Positions 24,636 to 34,184 are shown, counted from the first letter of the stretch. The stretch is DNA of 64,000 nt from an uncultured delta proteobacterium (GCA_963724765.1 CAVRVY010000003.1:1088001-1152000); one strand, 5' to 3'. Numbers and translations are program-made. The notes: generated by a model from the letters alone, not told the origin.

Positions 24636-24733
24636 ACGGCCTCGCCAATAACAAACCTCCGAACCGCTCCGCAGGTTCCGGGCTACCGGTCCGGAGTTGA
24701 ACTGAAGTCGGCGCGAAGCTTAGCGAAACCGCC

Positions 24734-25687
24734 TCAGGTCGCGTCTGTGTAGACGTTGGTGAAGTCGGGATTTATCTCGCGTCCGTGATAGAAAATCGCC
24801 GCCCCGAGGTGCTCTTCGGTCCAGGTGATGGTCGGCATGTCGCGCGACACGAAGTAGCCCAGTCCGGCGAAAGTCTCGTTGCGATTGCCAGAGGGATCGA
24901 AGAAGTAGATCGTCGCGCCGCGCGTGATGCCGTGGCGGGTCGGCCCGATGTCGATCTTGACCCGATGCTTGGACATCACGTCGGCCGCGCGCAGGACATC
25001 GTTCCAGTTATCCACGTAGAAGGCGAAGTGATGAAAGCCCGGACGCGGGCCGCCAACGAACGCAATGTCGTGCGGCTTGCTGGTGCAGGAGAGGAACGCG
25101 GCGGCCTGGATGCTGTTGCCCGGACCAACCATCACCTGCTCGGTCAGTTGGAAGTTGAGCACTTCGGTGAAGAAGCGGCAGGTCTCGGCGACCTTGTTGA
25201 CGCCCTTGGATGGTTCGATCTCGGCGACCAGCAGGCAATGGTCCAGATGCATCGCGCCCGCGCCCTTTATATCATCCGGCCACGGGTCCGGATTAGTCAC
25301 ACCGACGCTCTTGCCCACCGCCTCTTTCTCCGCGAACAGGACCATTCGATGGCTGCTCGGGAGCGTGAAGCGGATCGCGCGGCCCACGAATGGGATCGCG
25401 CCGCGCTTGAGTTGCTCGACCTCGATACCTCGTTTGGTGATCGCGTCGCCGAGCGTGTCCAGTTCGGAGTCGCGCTCGACCTTGTACGCGATATAGTTGG
25501 CGCCGGGATGGTCGGAGGGCGTGAGGATTACACTGTAGCGATCCCATTCGTCCCAGGCTTTGTAGTAAGTCGTCCCGCCGCTCTCGCGATGGGTTTCGAT
25601 GAGCCCGATCACGTTGGAGTAATGATCGCGGGCCTTTTCGATGTCCGTTACTCGAACCGAGACGTGTCCGATACGCATCACCGCCAC
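24734..25687 (-). CDS. xylE: Catechol 2,3-dioxygenase (type I extradiol dioxygenase)
   Basis: MRIGHV, YKAWDEWD, LDHC, HDIAF, FHHFAF, GPTRHGITRG.TIYFFDPSGNRNE; RBS GGAGG before GTG. Confidence 0.9.
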   Translation of the reverse strand: MAVMRIGHVSVRVTDIEKARDHYSNVIGLIETHRESGGTTYYKAWDEWDRYSVILTPSDHPGANYIAYKVERDSELDTLGDAITKRGIEVEQLKRGAIPFVGRAIRFTLPSSHRMVLFAEKEAVGKSVGVTNPDPWPDDIKGAGAMHLDHCLLVAEIEPSKGVNKVAETCRFFTEVLNFQLTEQVMVGPGNSIQAAAFLSCTSKPHDIAFVGGPRPGFHHFAFYVDNWNDVLRAADVMSKHRVKIDIGPTRHGITRGATIYFFDPSGNRNETFAGLGYFVSRDMPTITWTEEHLGAAIFYHGREINPDFTNVYTDAT

Positions 25688-25883
25688 GATAGCGTCCTCC
25701 AGGGACCGAGATGCCACGATGCTAACACCGTCGCCGCCCCGCTGTCACCCGTCGCGCCGCGCCTCGTTCGCCCCTTTTCGCCGCGCGGTGGCATCCGATA
25801 TATGGTCGTCTACGGAATCATAGTGGCGCGCGGCGGCCCGCCGAGCCGATCGGCGTGATGGTTGTGAGGAGGTGCCTAGGGCG

Positions 25884-27068
25884 ATGTCGGATATTCCTCC
25901 GCTTGCCGGAATCACGGTCGTCGATCTAACCCGCTACCTGGCCGGGCCGTTTTGCACGCAGATTCTCGGTGACTATGGAGCCGAGGTCATCAAAGTCGAG
26001 CCGGTCAAGGGCGCGCGCGCCGAGATGGGCGGTTATACCGGCAAGGACAGCTATTTCTTCATGAGTACCAACCGCTCCAAGAAAAGCGTGCAAATCGACC
26101 TCAGGCAGGCGGCCGGGCGAGACGTGATGCTGCGTCTGGCCGACCAAGCCGACGTGATGATCGACAATTTTCGTCCCGGCGTGATGGAGGCGATGGGCCT
26201 TGGCTACGAAACGCTCGCCGCGCGCAACCCACGTATCGTCGGATGCTCGATCTCCGGCTTCGGCGCGAGCGGCCCGCTGCGCGATACGCCCGGATTCGAC
26301 CAAATCGCGCAGGGCTTCTCCGGGTTGATGAGCGTGACGGGGACCGAGGAGAGCGGCCCGATGCGGGTCGGGATTGCGATCTGCGATCTGCTGGGCGGGA
26401 TTTTCGCCGCGCAGGGAATCCTGCTCGCGCTCCAGGCGCGCCATCGCAGCGGCCGCGGCCAGCGCGTCGAGACCTCGCTGCTGGAGGCGATCGTCAGCGT
26501 GCTCAGCTGGTCGGCGGGAATCTACTTCGACACCGGACGCCCGCCCGGACCCGCCGGCAACCATCATCCGCTCGCGGCGCCGCACGGTGTTCACGCGGCT
26601 TCCGACCGGCCCTTCAATATCGCCTGCGGCAACGAGACGATGTGGCACGCGCTGGCCGAAGCGATCGGACGGCCCGAACTCAAGGACGACTCGCGCTTTT
26701 CCTCGCTGGGCCATCGGATAAAGCATCGCGCGGCGCTGACCGAGGAGATCAATCTCGCGCTCGCCTCCAATACTGCGGAATACTGGATCGACCTGCTCAA
26801 CCGCGCGGGCATCCCCTCCGGTCCGATCATGACTATCGAGGAGATGTTCAATCATCCGCAGATAGCGGCGCGCGAGATGCTGCTGCGCCTGCCCCATCCG
26901 GTGCGTGGCGAGATCATGACGACCGGGCTTGGGGTGAAACTCTCCGAAACGCCGGGTCATATCACGCGGCCGCCGCTGGTCGGTGAGCATACCGACGAGG
27001 TCCTGACGGCACGCGGCTTCACCCTCGAAGAATTGACCCGTCTGCGTGAGGCTCGGGCAATTGGCTAG
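25884..27068 (+). CDS. CaiB/BaiF family (class III) CoA transferase
   Basis: DLTRYLAGP, GAEVIKVE, NRSKKS, DNFRPG, catalytic Asp in ICDLLGG, PPLVGEHT. Confidence 0.92.
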   Translation: MSDIPPLAGITVVDLTRYLAGPFCTQILGDYGAEVIKVEPVKGARAEMGGYTGKDSYFFMSTNRSKKSVQIDLRQAAGRDVMLRLADQADVMIDNFRPGVMEAMGLGYETLAARNPRIVGCSISGFGASGPLRDTPGFDQIAQGFSGLMSVTGTEESGPMRVGIAICDLLGGIFAAQGILLALQARHRSGRGQRVETSLLEAIVSVLSWSAGIYFDTGRPPGPAGNHHPLAAPHGVHAASDRPFNIACGNETMWHALAEAIGRPELKDDSRFSSLGHRIKHRAALTEEINLALASNTAEYWIDLLNRAGIPSGPIMTIEEMFNHPQIAAREMLLRLPHPVRGEIMTTGLGVKLSETPGHITRPPLVGEHTDEVLTARGFTLEELTRLREARAIG

Positions 27069-27075
27069 GGCGCCG

Positions 27076-28641
27076 GTGCCGGAATCATCGCCGGCGCGTG
27101 CGGGGTCGCTGTTCGGCGAGGCACTATGGGCCCCGCTGAGAGGCCGCAGCGCGCTGTGGCTCTGCTGCCTGTTCGGCGCAGAGACGTTGGCGTATGCGCT
27201 GATCCGGCTGCCGACCGATCTAGGCTTCGACGCCAATGCGTTCGGCGATCGGGGCGACTTCCTTTCGATCTCGTACCTGGTCGCACACGGCAGCCGCCCG
27301 GCGATCGATTTCGGCTACCATTGGGGCCTCGTGCCGATCATGCTGGCGCAGGCGTGGTTTGCGCTTTTCGGCGCAACTCCGCAGGCGAACGAGGCGATCA
27401 TGGTCGTCTGTGCGCTGCTGGTTGCTGTCGGTATCGCGCGGATGGCCGCCGCGATGCGCCTGGGCACGCTCGGTATAGTCCTGCTCGTAGTCGCGCTGCC
27501 GTTTGCGTTTCCGACTTTCACACTCACCTACGCTTTGGAAGCCGCGCTACTATCCAATGCGCTGGCGGAGCAGGCTGCACAAAGGCGTTCGACCGCGCTC
27601 GCGCTGACCACGGCGTCGTGCTTCGTGAACCCCAGCATGGCGTACTTCTATGGCTTCGTGCTGTTGCTCGGGCTGCTGTGGGAGAGCCGGCGGCCCGATA
27701 GTGCCGGCGGCTCGTCGACTGACTGGCCAAACATACTGCGCACGGTCACACCGGCCGCGATTACCGGCGCCGTGCTGACACTCATCCTGTCCGCAGCCTA
27801 TGGGCCGCTCGCGCTGGTAAAGACCATCCTGCCGCTGGCCGGGATGGCGGCGCATCGTAACCAGGCGTCGGGTTTCTTTCACGGCGTCGGGCGCGATTTC
27901 TGGTATCAGCCCCGGATGGGGCTGCCCTATTATCTCTTCACCGTAGTCGGCTTCTGGATTGCCGCGACTTTATGGCTGATCGTTGCGGGACTGCGCGCGG
28001 GACGGAGATTGCTATCGGCGCCTGGCACGCGCGACATCTTCGGCGCTGCCGATAGGTTCGTCCTGACCTGCGCCGTACTCCATGTCACGTTCGTCACCGT
28101 TTTTTTCGGATCGGCAGTGAGCTGGCGTTACTACTGCTACATCCTGGTGATGGGTGTCGCGGCGACCAGTATCCGGGACTTACTCTCGGCGCGAATCGCA
28201 GGGCTGCTTACGGCCATGGCTTTACTGGGCAATGTTTCCCATTTCGCACAAATCGCAGTTCGGTGGCGCACGACGGCGCCGAGTCCGGTGACGGCGGGGA
28301 TGTGGGCGTCATCCGAAGAAGTGCATGAATGGGAGCAGGTGCAGCGCGCGACGGGCGGCCATCGCGCGCTGCTGCTGACCGCGATGGGATGCGGTCCCGT
28401 GTTGTCGACCCGTTTCGAGCAGCCGTTCGCCAATCATTTCACTCCTGGAGAGCTGATGCCGGATCAGCTTGCGCGGCTGATGCGGCAGATAGATGGCGCG
28501 CAGCGGATCGTCGTGGTGATTAGCTCCGGCTTCGGCAACATGCTGGTATGGTGGCCCGATATCCAGGGCGCGCTCGACGGCCACGAGCTGCTGTGGAAGG
28601 GCAAGTCGTTCGCGGTATACGGGGCGCGCAGCCCGCGCTAA
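27076..28641 (+). CDS. Polytopic membrane protein, possibly GT-C glycosyltransferase-like
   Basis: ~11 hydrophobic segments, N-terminal loop GDRG...G.RP..DFGYHWG, soluble C-terminal domain; start uncertain. Confidence 0.6.
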   Translation: MPESSPARAGSLFGEALWAPLRGRSALWLCCLFGAETLAYALIRLPTDLGFDANAFGDRGDFLSISYLVAHGSRPAIDFGYHWGLVPIMLAQAWFALFGATPQANEAIMVVCALLVAVGIARMAAAMRLGTLGIVLLVVALPFAFPTFTLTYALEAALLSNALAEQAAQRRSTALALTTASCFVNPSMAYFYGFVLLLGLLWESRRPDSAGGSSTDWPNILRTVTPAAITGAVLTLILSAAYGPLALVKTILPLAGMAAHRNQASGFFHGVGRDFWYQPRMGLPYYLFTVVGFWIAATLWLIVAGLRAGRRLLSAPGTRDIFGAADRFVLTCAVLHVTFVTVFFGSAVSWRYYCYILVMGVAATSIRDLLSARIAGLLTAMALLGNVSHFAQIAVRWRTTAPSPVTAGMWASSEEVHEWEQVQRATGGHRALLLTAMGCGPVLSTRFEQPFANHFTPGELMPDQLARLMRQIDGAQRIVVVISSGFGNMLVWWPDIQGALDGHELLWKGKSFAVYGARSPR

Positions 28642-28904
28642 AAGCCGAGGCGCTCAAAATCAAGGCACCTGCTCAGAACTCGGGACATGATCGCTCGCGG
28701 TAGCATCAAAAAATCCCGACGATCTTAGAACGCGCGCTCGCCTCAGAGCTTGCGCCTCGGGTCTCGCGCGTTTTGCGAATAGCGACTGAAATCAGTTGCT
28801 TAGAAGGTGTTTTCGGCAGTCTTTGAATGCCACTGTCGCATTTCACGAAGAAATCGGCGGCTCCGAAAGCGGGTATCGCCAGCAATTCGCGTATGTATTT
28901 TCAG

Positions 28905-28920
28905 AGGCACAAGAATTGCT
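28905..28920 (+). promoter_or_regulatory. Putative sigma54 (-24/-12) promoter
   Basis: AGGCACAAGAATTGCT: GG at 28906-7, GC at 28918-9, exact GG-N10-GC spacing, near consensus TGGCAC-N5-TTGC. Confidence 0.65.
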
Positions 28921-28930
28921 CCAGCTTAGA

Positions 28931-29040
28931 AGCGGCGCTGAGGTCTCCCCCGAGAACACCGGCGCTTGTCCCCCAAAGGCCGGGCTATCGCCGTAGGTCC
29001 CCCAACGTGCGGTCATTAACGGTAGCCCGGCCTCTTCCTC
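28931..29040 (+). ncRNA. Candidate small RNA with C-rich loops
   Basis: Starts at the predicted sigma54 +1; 13-bp stem 28978-28990/29020-29032, three TCCCCC motifs, G-U pairs favour the + strand. Confidence 0.5.
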
Positions 29041-29109
29041 CTTCTCCATCGACTGGCACTTTTCAACTTGCGGCGCTGTTCAAATTCGCCCGTAGTGGCT
29101 CGCGTTCAT

Positions 29110-29829
29110 TCAGTAAAGCCGCGGCGTCACGAAAATCCCATCGATGAAATGTTTGGTGGCGGTCGCCGCCTTGAAAGGCTTCTTCATCAGCGTGTCCGCG
29201 AGCTCGCGCGCCGCCTTTGCCAGATGCCGCGTCTTGACCACCCGGGTGACCATCCCCATCTCGAACAATTCGCGCGCGGTGTAATGACGGCAGAGGATGG
29301 CGGCTTGCTTGGCGCGCCAGGGGCCCATCCGCATCGCCATCACGATCGCCGGGCCGCCCGTAAATGGCGCACTCAGATCGACCTCCGGCACCCAGAACTC
29401 GGCATCCTCCGCCGCGACCGTGAAATCGAAGGCGAGCGCGAGCGCCCATCCTCCGCCGACCGCGTAGCCGTTGACGGCCGCGATCGTCATGCAGTCCAGG
29501 CGGGTTATCTGATCGAAGGCGCGGCCGATCATCCGCGCCAGTCCGGCGTTGCGCTCGGTGAAGATGCGCCGGCGCTCGTTGGGGTCCTTCACGTCGCTGG
29601 CGCCGGAGACGTCGGCGCCGGCCGAAAACGCGGCGCCGGTGCCGGTAACGATCAGCACGCGGGTTTCGCGGTCGTCGCGGACGTCACGGATCAAGCGCTC
29701 GAATTCGGCCATCACCTCTCGGTTCATGCAGTTGCGCCGCTCGGGCCGGTTGAAGGTTATGGTGGTTAGCGGTCCGTCCTTCGCGAACAGGAAATTCGCG
29801 GGCGTGTTTGCGTTAATCGAATCGCTCAT
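29110..29829 (-). CDS. Enoyl-CoA hydratase/isomerase (crotonase) family protein
   Basis: FNRPERRN, FSAGAD, AAVNGYAVGGG, FWVPE. Confidence 0.9.
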   Translation of the reverse strand: MSDSINANTPANFLFAKDGPLTTITFNRPERRNCMNREVMAEFERLIRDVRDDRETRVLIVTGTGAAFSAGADVSGASDVKDPNERRRIFTERNAGLARMIGRAFDQITRLDCMTIAAVNGYAVGGGWALALAFDFTVAAEDAEFWVPEVDLSAPFTGGPAIVMAMRMGPWRAKQAAILCRHYTARELFEMGMVTRVVKTRHLAKAARELADTLMKKPFKAATATKHFIDGIFVTPRLY

Positions 29830-29848
29830 CTGACTAGTATTTGGGAGT

Positions 29849-30919
29849 TTATTCGTACGACGATTTCTTCCAGATACCCCGCAGATGCATCAGGGCAATC
29901 TGCCTTTCGATTACCTCTTTGCGATATTCCTGATGCTTCATCGGCGCGCGATCGAGATAAAGATTTTTAGGATAGATCGGCTCCTTGTATAATATCTGGT
30001 AAAGCTCGGTGCGCAGGTCCTTCATCCAGTTGTCCCACTGTGCGTTGCCCCGATGGTAGCGCAGCGCCTCGATATCGATTACCCCGGCCATGTAGGTCGA
30101 CGTTCCGCCGTACTCCTGTTTGCCAACGATTTGCCCGCGATGATTGATGACGAAGGAACGCCCGCCGAAAGTGTCTATCGGCAGATCGCTATCTGGATAT
30201 AGGTAATACGAGCCGAGGTTCGGCGCGACTATATACATATTGTTGTCGAGTGCGCGCGCCCGGCTCTGAATTTCGAATAGCTCGTTGCCAGTGGCCGGAT
30301 GAGGATACGATCCGCGATACACGACCTCCGCGCCGTTCATCGCCAGCGCGCGGGCATTTTCGGGGTATGAGCCCTCGTTCGCCATCATGATGCCGAGCCG
30401 GCCGATGTCCGTCTCCACCACCGGCCAGAATGCCTCCAGCGTCAGCCCGTACTTCTCCACCCACCAGTCGAAAATGTCGTGCGGACAGACCGAATGCTCG
30501 ACCGGAAACAGGGGCGAGACCTTGTAATGGCGCAGGATGATCTCGCCCTGGGGATCGAGGATGAAGCCGACGTTAAAAAAGCGATCCTTCCAGTCGGGAT
30601 GGTGCGCCTTGGCCTGGGCCATGATGAAAGCGTTGTACTGGCGGGCGAGCGCGCCGAGCGCTTCGGTCTCGCGGCCCGGGAGATCGATCGCGCACTCGCG
30701 CGCGTACTGCGAGTGGTCGAGGTCGAGCACCTCGTCGTTGAAGGCCTGCAACGCGCCCTCGGGCAACGCGATCAGGCGCACGGGCAGGTCGAGGCTGGAG
30801 AGCCAGGCCGCGGCCTTGCACATGTGGGCCAGGTGCTCGAGGTTTAACTGGATATCTTCGCGCTTGCGTATTCCGCGCACCGTCGGGATCAACCCGACGG
30901 CGGTGTAAGGCTTAATCAT
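29849..30919 (-). CDS. Nitrilase-superfamily (carbon-nitrogen hydrolase) protein, atypical
   Basis: LPEG, FNVGFILDPQG, HYK, VVETDIGRLG...YPENARALAMNGAEV, RARALDN. Confidence 0.85.
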   Translation of the reverse strand: MIKPYTAVGLIPTVRGIRKREDIQLNLEHLAHMCKAAAWLSSLDLPVRLIALPEGALQAFNDEVLDLDHSQYARECAIDLPGRETEALGALARQYNAFIMAQAKAHHPDWKDRFFNVGFILDPQGEIILRHYKVSPLFPVEHSVCPHDIFDWWVEKYGLTLEAFWPVVETDIGRLGIMMANEGSYPENARALAMNGAEVVYRGSYPHPATGNELFEIQSRARALDNNMYIVAPNLGSYYLYPDSDLPIDTFGGRSFVINHRGQIVGKQEYGGTSTYMAGVIDIEALRYHRGNAQWDNWMKDLRTELYQILYKEPIYPKNLYLDRAPMKHQEYRKEVIERQIALMHLRGIWKKSSYE

Positions 30920-30996
30920 GTCGCGCTCCTTTGTTCAGGCCTGGCATCGGCGATGCGGGCCGCCGAAGCCGCCGACAGCATTCGCGCGCGCCGATC

Positions 30997-32361
30997 TCAC
31001 GAAGGCTGATGAGCGACCTTGGGAAGTTCCGCCAGCGCCATCTTTATCGCTTCGTCGGGATACGGGCTGTCTTCGAGTTGGCCGCTCAGATAGCGGTCGT
31101 AGGCCGCCATGTCAAAGTGGCCGTGCCCGGAAAGGGTGAAGAAGATGGTCTTGCGTTCGCCGGTCCGCTTGCAGGCCAGGGCCTCGTCGATCGCCACGCG
31201 GATCGCGTGGTTGGTTTCCGGGGCCGGGATGATTCCCTCGGCGCGCGCGAAGATGAGCCCGGCCTCGAACGTCGCACGCTGCGGCACCGCGATCGCCTCG
31301 ACCAGCCCCTCGTGGTGAAGCTGCGAAACCAGCGGCGAGTCGCCGTGGTAGCGCAGTCCGCCGGCGTGGATTCGCGGTGGCACGAAACTGCGCCCCAGCG
31401 TGTACATCAGCATCAGTGGCGTGAGGCCCGCGGAGTCGCCGGAGTCGTAGGCGTAATGACCGCGGGTCAGCGTGGGGCATGACTCGGGCTCGACCGCGAC
31501 CAAACGTACCTGGCGTCCGGCGGCCTTGTCGGCGAAGAACGGGAACGCGGTGCCGCCGAAATTGGATCCTCCGCCGCAGCAGGCGATTACCACGTCCGGA
31601 TATTCCCCGGCCTTGGCGAACTGTTTTTGCGCCTCCAGCCCGATCACCGTCTGATGCAGCAGCACATGATTGAGTACCGACCCCAGTGCGTAGTTGGTAT
31701 CCTGACGCCCGGCCGCCTCTTCGACCGCTTCGGAGATTGCGATACCGAGTGAGCCGGGAGAGTCGGCGTCGCGCGCCAGCACGGTGCGGCCCGAGTTAGT
31801 GTTCATGCTCGGACTCGCAATCACCTCTGCGCCCCAGGTTTCCATCATCGAGCGACGAAAGGGTTTCTGCTCGTAGCTCACCCGCACCATGTAGACGCGG
31901 ACCTCGATACCGAACATCTGCCCGGCCATCGCCAGCGCGGAACCCCACTGACCGGCGCCGGTCTCGGTGGCGAGGCGATGAACGCCGGCCACGTGATTGT
32001 AGTAGGCTTGCGCGACGGAAGTGTTGGGTTTGTGCGAGCCGGCAGGGCTGACGCCCTCGTACTTGTAGTAGATGTGCGCGGGGGTGCCGAGCGCCTGCTC
32101 CAGGCGCAGCGCCCGGTACATCGGCGACGGACGCCATTGGCGGTAGATCTCCCGCACCGGCTCGGGCACGGGAATCCAGCGCTCGCGCGAGACTTCCTGC
32201 TCGATGATCGCGTCCGGAAAAATCGCCGCCAGCGCCTCGGGGCCGATCGGCTTTCCGTCCGGACCAAGCGGCGGCGCTGGTGGGTTCGGCATGTCTGCCG
32301 CCACGTTGTACCAGTTCTCCGCAATGTCAGACTCGTCGAGAAGAATTTTCACCTGCTGCAT
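30997..32361 (-). CDS. trpB2: Tryptophan synthase beta chain, TrpB2 type
   Basis: [49 protein letters not shown]; stand-alone, no trpA adjacent. Confidence 0.92.
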   Translation of the reverse strand: MQQVKILLDESDIAENWYNVAADMPNPPAPPLGPDGKPIGPEALAAIFPDAIIEQEVSRERWIPVPEPVREIYRQWRPSPMYRALRLEQALGTPAHIYYKYEGVSPAGSHKPNTSVAQAYYNHVAGVHRLATETGAGQWGSALAMAGQMFGIEVRVYMVRVSYEQKPFRRSMMETWGAEVIASPSMNTNSGRTVLARDADSPGSLGIAISEAVEEAAGRQDTNYALGSVLNHVLLHQTVIGLEAQKQFAKAGEYPDVVIACCGGGSNFGGTAFPFFADKAAGRQVRLVAVEPESCPTLTRGHYAYDSGDSAGLTPLMLMYTLGRSFVPPRIHAGGLRYHGDSPLVSQLHHEGLVEAIAVPQRATFEAGLIFARAEGIIPAPETNHAIRVAIDEALACKRTGERKTIFFTLSGHGHFDMAAYDRYLSGQLEDSPYPDEAIKMALAELPKVAHQPS

Positions 32362-32573
32362 GGAGCACCCGCGAATACTGAATACCTATATGCGAATACC
32401 TGTATGAATGATCGCAAATACGTATAACGATAAAGATCCTGCGATAAAGATTGTGAAAGCTTCCGATCGTTCGCGCCTGACCGCCAAAGCGCGCCTACGT
32501 TAGAGCCGGGGTATGTTATAGACCTCCGCCGCGTTGGAAGCCATCGCGGCCTGCTAGGCGTACGCTCGCGCGC

Positions 32574-33116
32574 CTACTTGTGTTCCGCAGGCGCCAGCGC
32601 AAAGCGATGCCATTCCGCCAGATGCGACAGCGAGCGCATGTTCGGCATCCGGTCGAGGTAGACTTCGCCATTTAAGTGATCGGTCTCGTGCTGGATGACG
32701 CGGGCGTGAAAGTCGCTCGCGATGAAATCCAGCGCTTCGCCGCGCCGTCCCAGTCCCGTCACGCGCAACTGCTTGAAACGCGGCACCAGCCCGCGCATTT
32801 CCGGGATGCTCAGGCATCCCTCCCAGTCCTCGATCGGCGCGCGTTCGATAATCGTCACTTCGGGATTGACCAGGAACGTCAGCGGCACCGACGGCATTTC
32901 CGGGTAGCGCGGATGATGCTCGACCTCGAGCACGGCGACGCGCAGCGGCAGATGCACCTGCGGCGCGGCGAGTCCCACCCCGACGTACTCGCGCATCGTG
33001 TCGACCATGTCGTCGAGCAGGCGCTGGAACTCGGGCGTGTTGATGCGTTCCGGTACGATCGGCTGGGCCATCGTCCGCAGCACCGGGTAACCAAGTCGGG
33101 CGACCTTTAGAATCAT
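32574..33116 (-). CDS. def: Peptide deformylase
   Basis: GVGLAAPQ, EGCLS, QHETDH. Confidence 0.96.
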   Translation of the reverse strand: MILKVARLGYPVLRTMAQPIVPERINTPEFQRLLDDMVDTMREYVGVGLAAPQVHLPLRVAVLEVEHHPRYPEMPSVPLTFLVNPEVTIIERAPIEDWEGCLSIPEMRGLVPRFKQLRVTGLGRRGEALDFIASDFHARVIQHETDHLNGEVYLDRMPNMRSLSHLAEWHRFALAPAEHK

Positions 33117-33566
33117 CGCTGCTACCCCCTTCGCGTCACTTCAAAGAGGCGCGATTATCGCCCAAAGCCGCCCGCCGAGCCACCCAAAGGCGGAAATAGA
33201 GATCGCGGTGCTGGCCAGGGCGTTGAGCGCGAGCGATTCCTCGACCGTGCGCACGATGGTCAGACTCGCGGGGTCGAGCAGGAGTGCGTTCAGCGGAAAT
33301 TGGCTCGCGCCACAATTTTGCCGTTCTGACCGTTTTCCGGCCTTCGTTCAGCAGCCATCAGGCGTCAAGTCCACAGCGACCGATACACAAGACGGCCGTG
33401 CGCGACGGTGTTCCTCCAACGGGACGCCCGTCTCTGCGAAGACACACGGGCCGTACAAGGCCGGAACAGAGCGCTCCCATTCGTCGCTTCCATGGGCAGG
33501 CATCGTCGCCGCGTCGCGGATTGTGGCGCGCCGCCAAGGGCATCGCTCTTGCTTTTGTCGTGTCAG

Positions 33567-33807
33567 TGGGAGCGCGAGCAGTGGCTCGCTCCGACGCCGA
33601 TCGTCGCGCTCACAGCCTCAGCGCTGGAAGAAGACGTAAGGGCTAGCTTCGCCGCCGGTTGCGACGCGCATGTCAGCAAGCCGGTCAAAGAGTCTCCTGC
33701 TCGAGGCCATCCGCAAGGCCGTCGGAACCGTTCCGGACGGCGTAAGCGAGGCAGCCCTACCGGCGTCTCCGTGGATACTCGAAGCCGCTCCGATGCCGTC
33801 CCACTGA
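33567..33807 (+). pseudogene. Remnant of a C-terminal receiver (REC) domain of a hybrid kinase/response regulator
   Basis: PIVALTASALEEDVRASFAAGCDAHVSKPVK, then a frameshift near 33687 into KSLLLEAIRKA; upstream part with the phospho-Asp is absent. Confidence 0.7.
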
Positions 33808-33916
33808 AGATAAGTTCTCGCGCTCGTGGACGCAGGATTTTGGCCAAAATGCGCAGAATCAAGACTTTCGGCCAATATTCGCGAATTTCACCATAGGCCA
33901 CCTTCATTTAGTTTAG

Positions 33917-33945
33917 TTGACCTTTAATAGGCTATAACGTATGCT
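33917..33945 (+). promoter_or_regulatory. Putative sigma70 promoter
   Basis: TTGACC-N17-TATGCT in an AT-rich patch. Confidence 0.5.
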
Positions 33946-33959
33946 GTCGAGGGGTTGCA

Positions 33960-34184
33960 ATGTCGACCGATGACAAACGCGCTGCGGATTGGGTCCGAAG
34001 GTCCGCCCGATGGGAAATCGGTCGAGAGCGGGAGATCGCCGGTCTCGGATCATGGGGGCCGCAAATTCATAAAGGCCGTGCCGCACCCTTTTTGAATGGC
34101 ACGAATCTGGCCCCGATACTGCCCCGAATAGGTTCTCACGTCTCAAGCGTTGCATCGGCGGCAGCTACGAGGTTGGTCCCGTGA
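33960..34184 (+). CDS. Possible 74-aa hypothetical protein
   Basis: RBS GAGGGG, upstream promoter, GTGA overlap with the next ORF; no recognisable motif. Confidence 0.35.
   Translation: MSTDDKRAADWVRRSARWEIGREREIAGLGSWGPQIHKGRAAPFLNGTNLAPILPRIGSHVSSVASAAATRLVP

Noticed and set aside
28796-29147. Short ORFs 28796-28996, 28827-29147 and 28843-29049
   Set aside because: No motifs and atypical codon usage; the promoter-plus-structure reading explains the region better.
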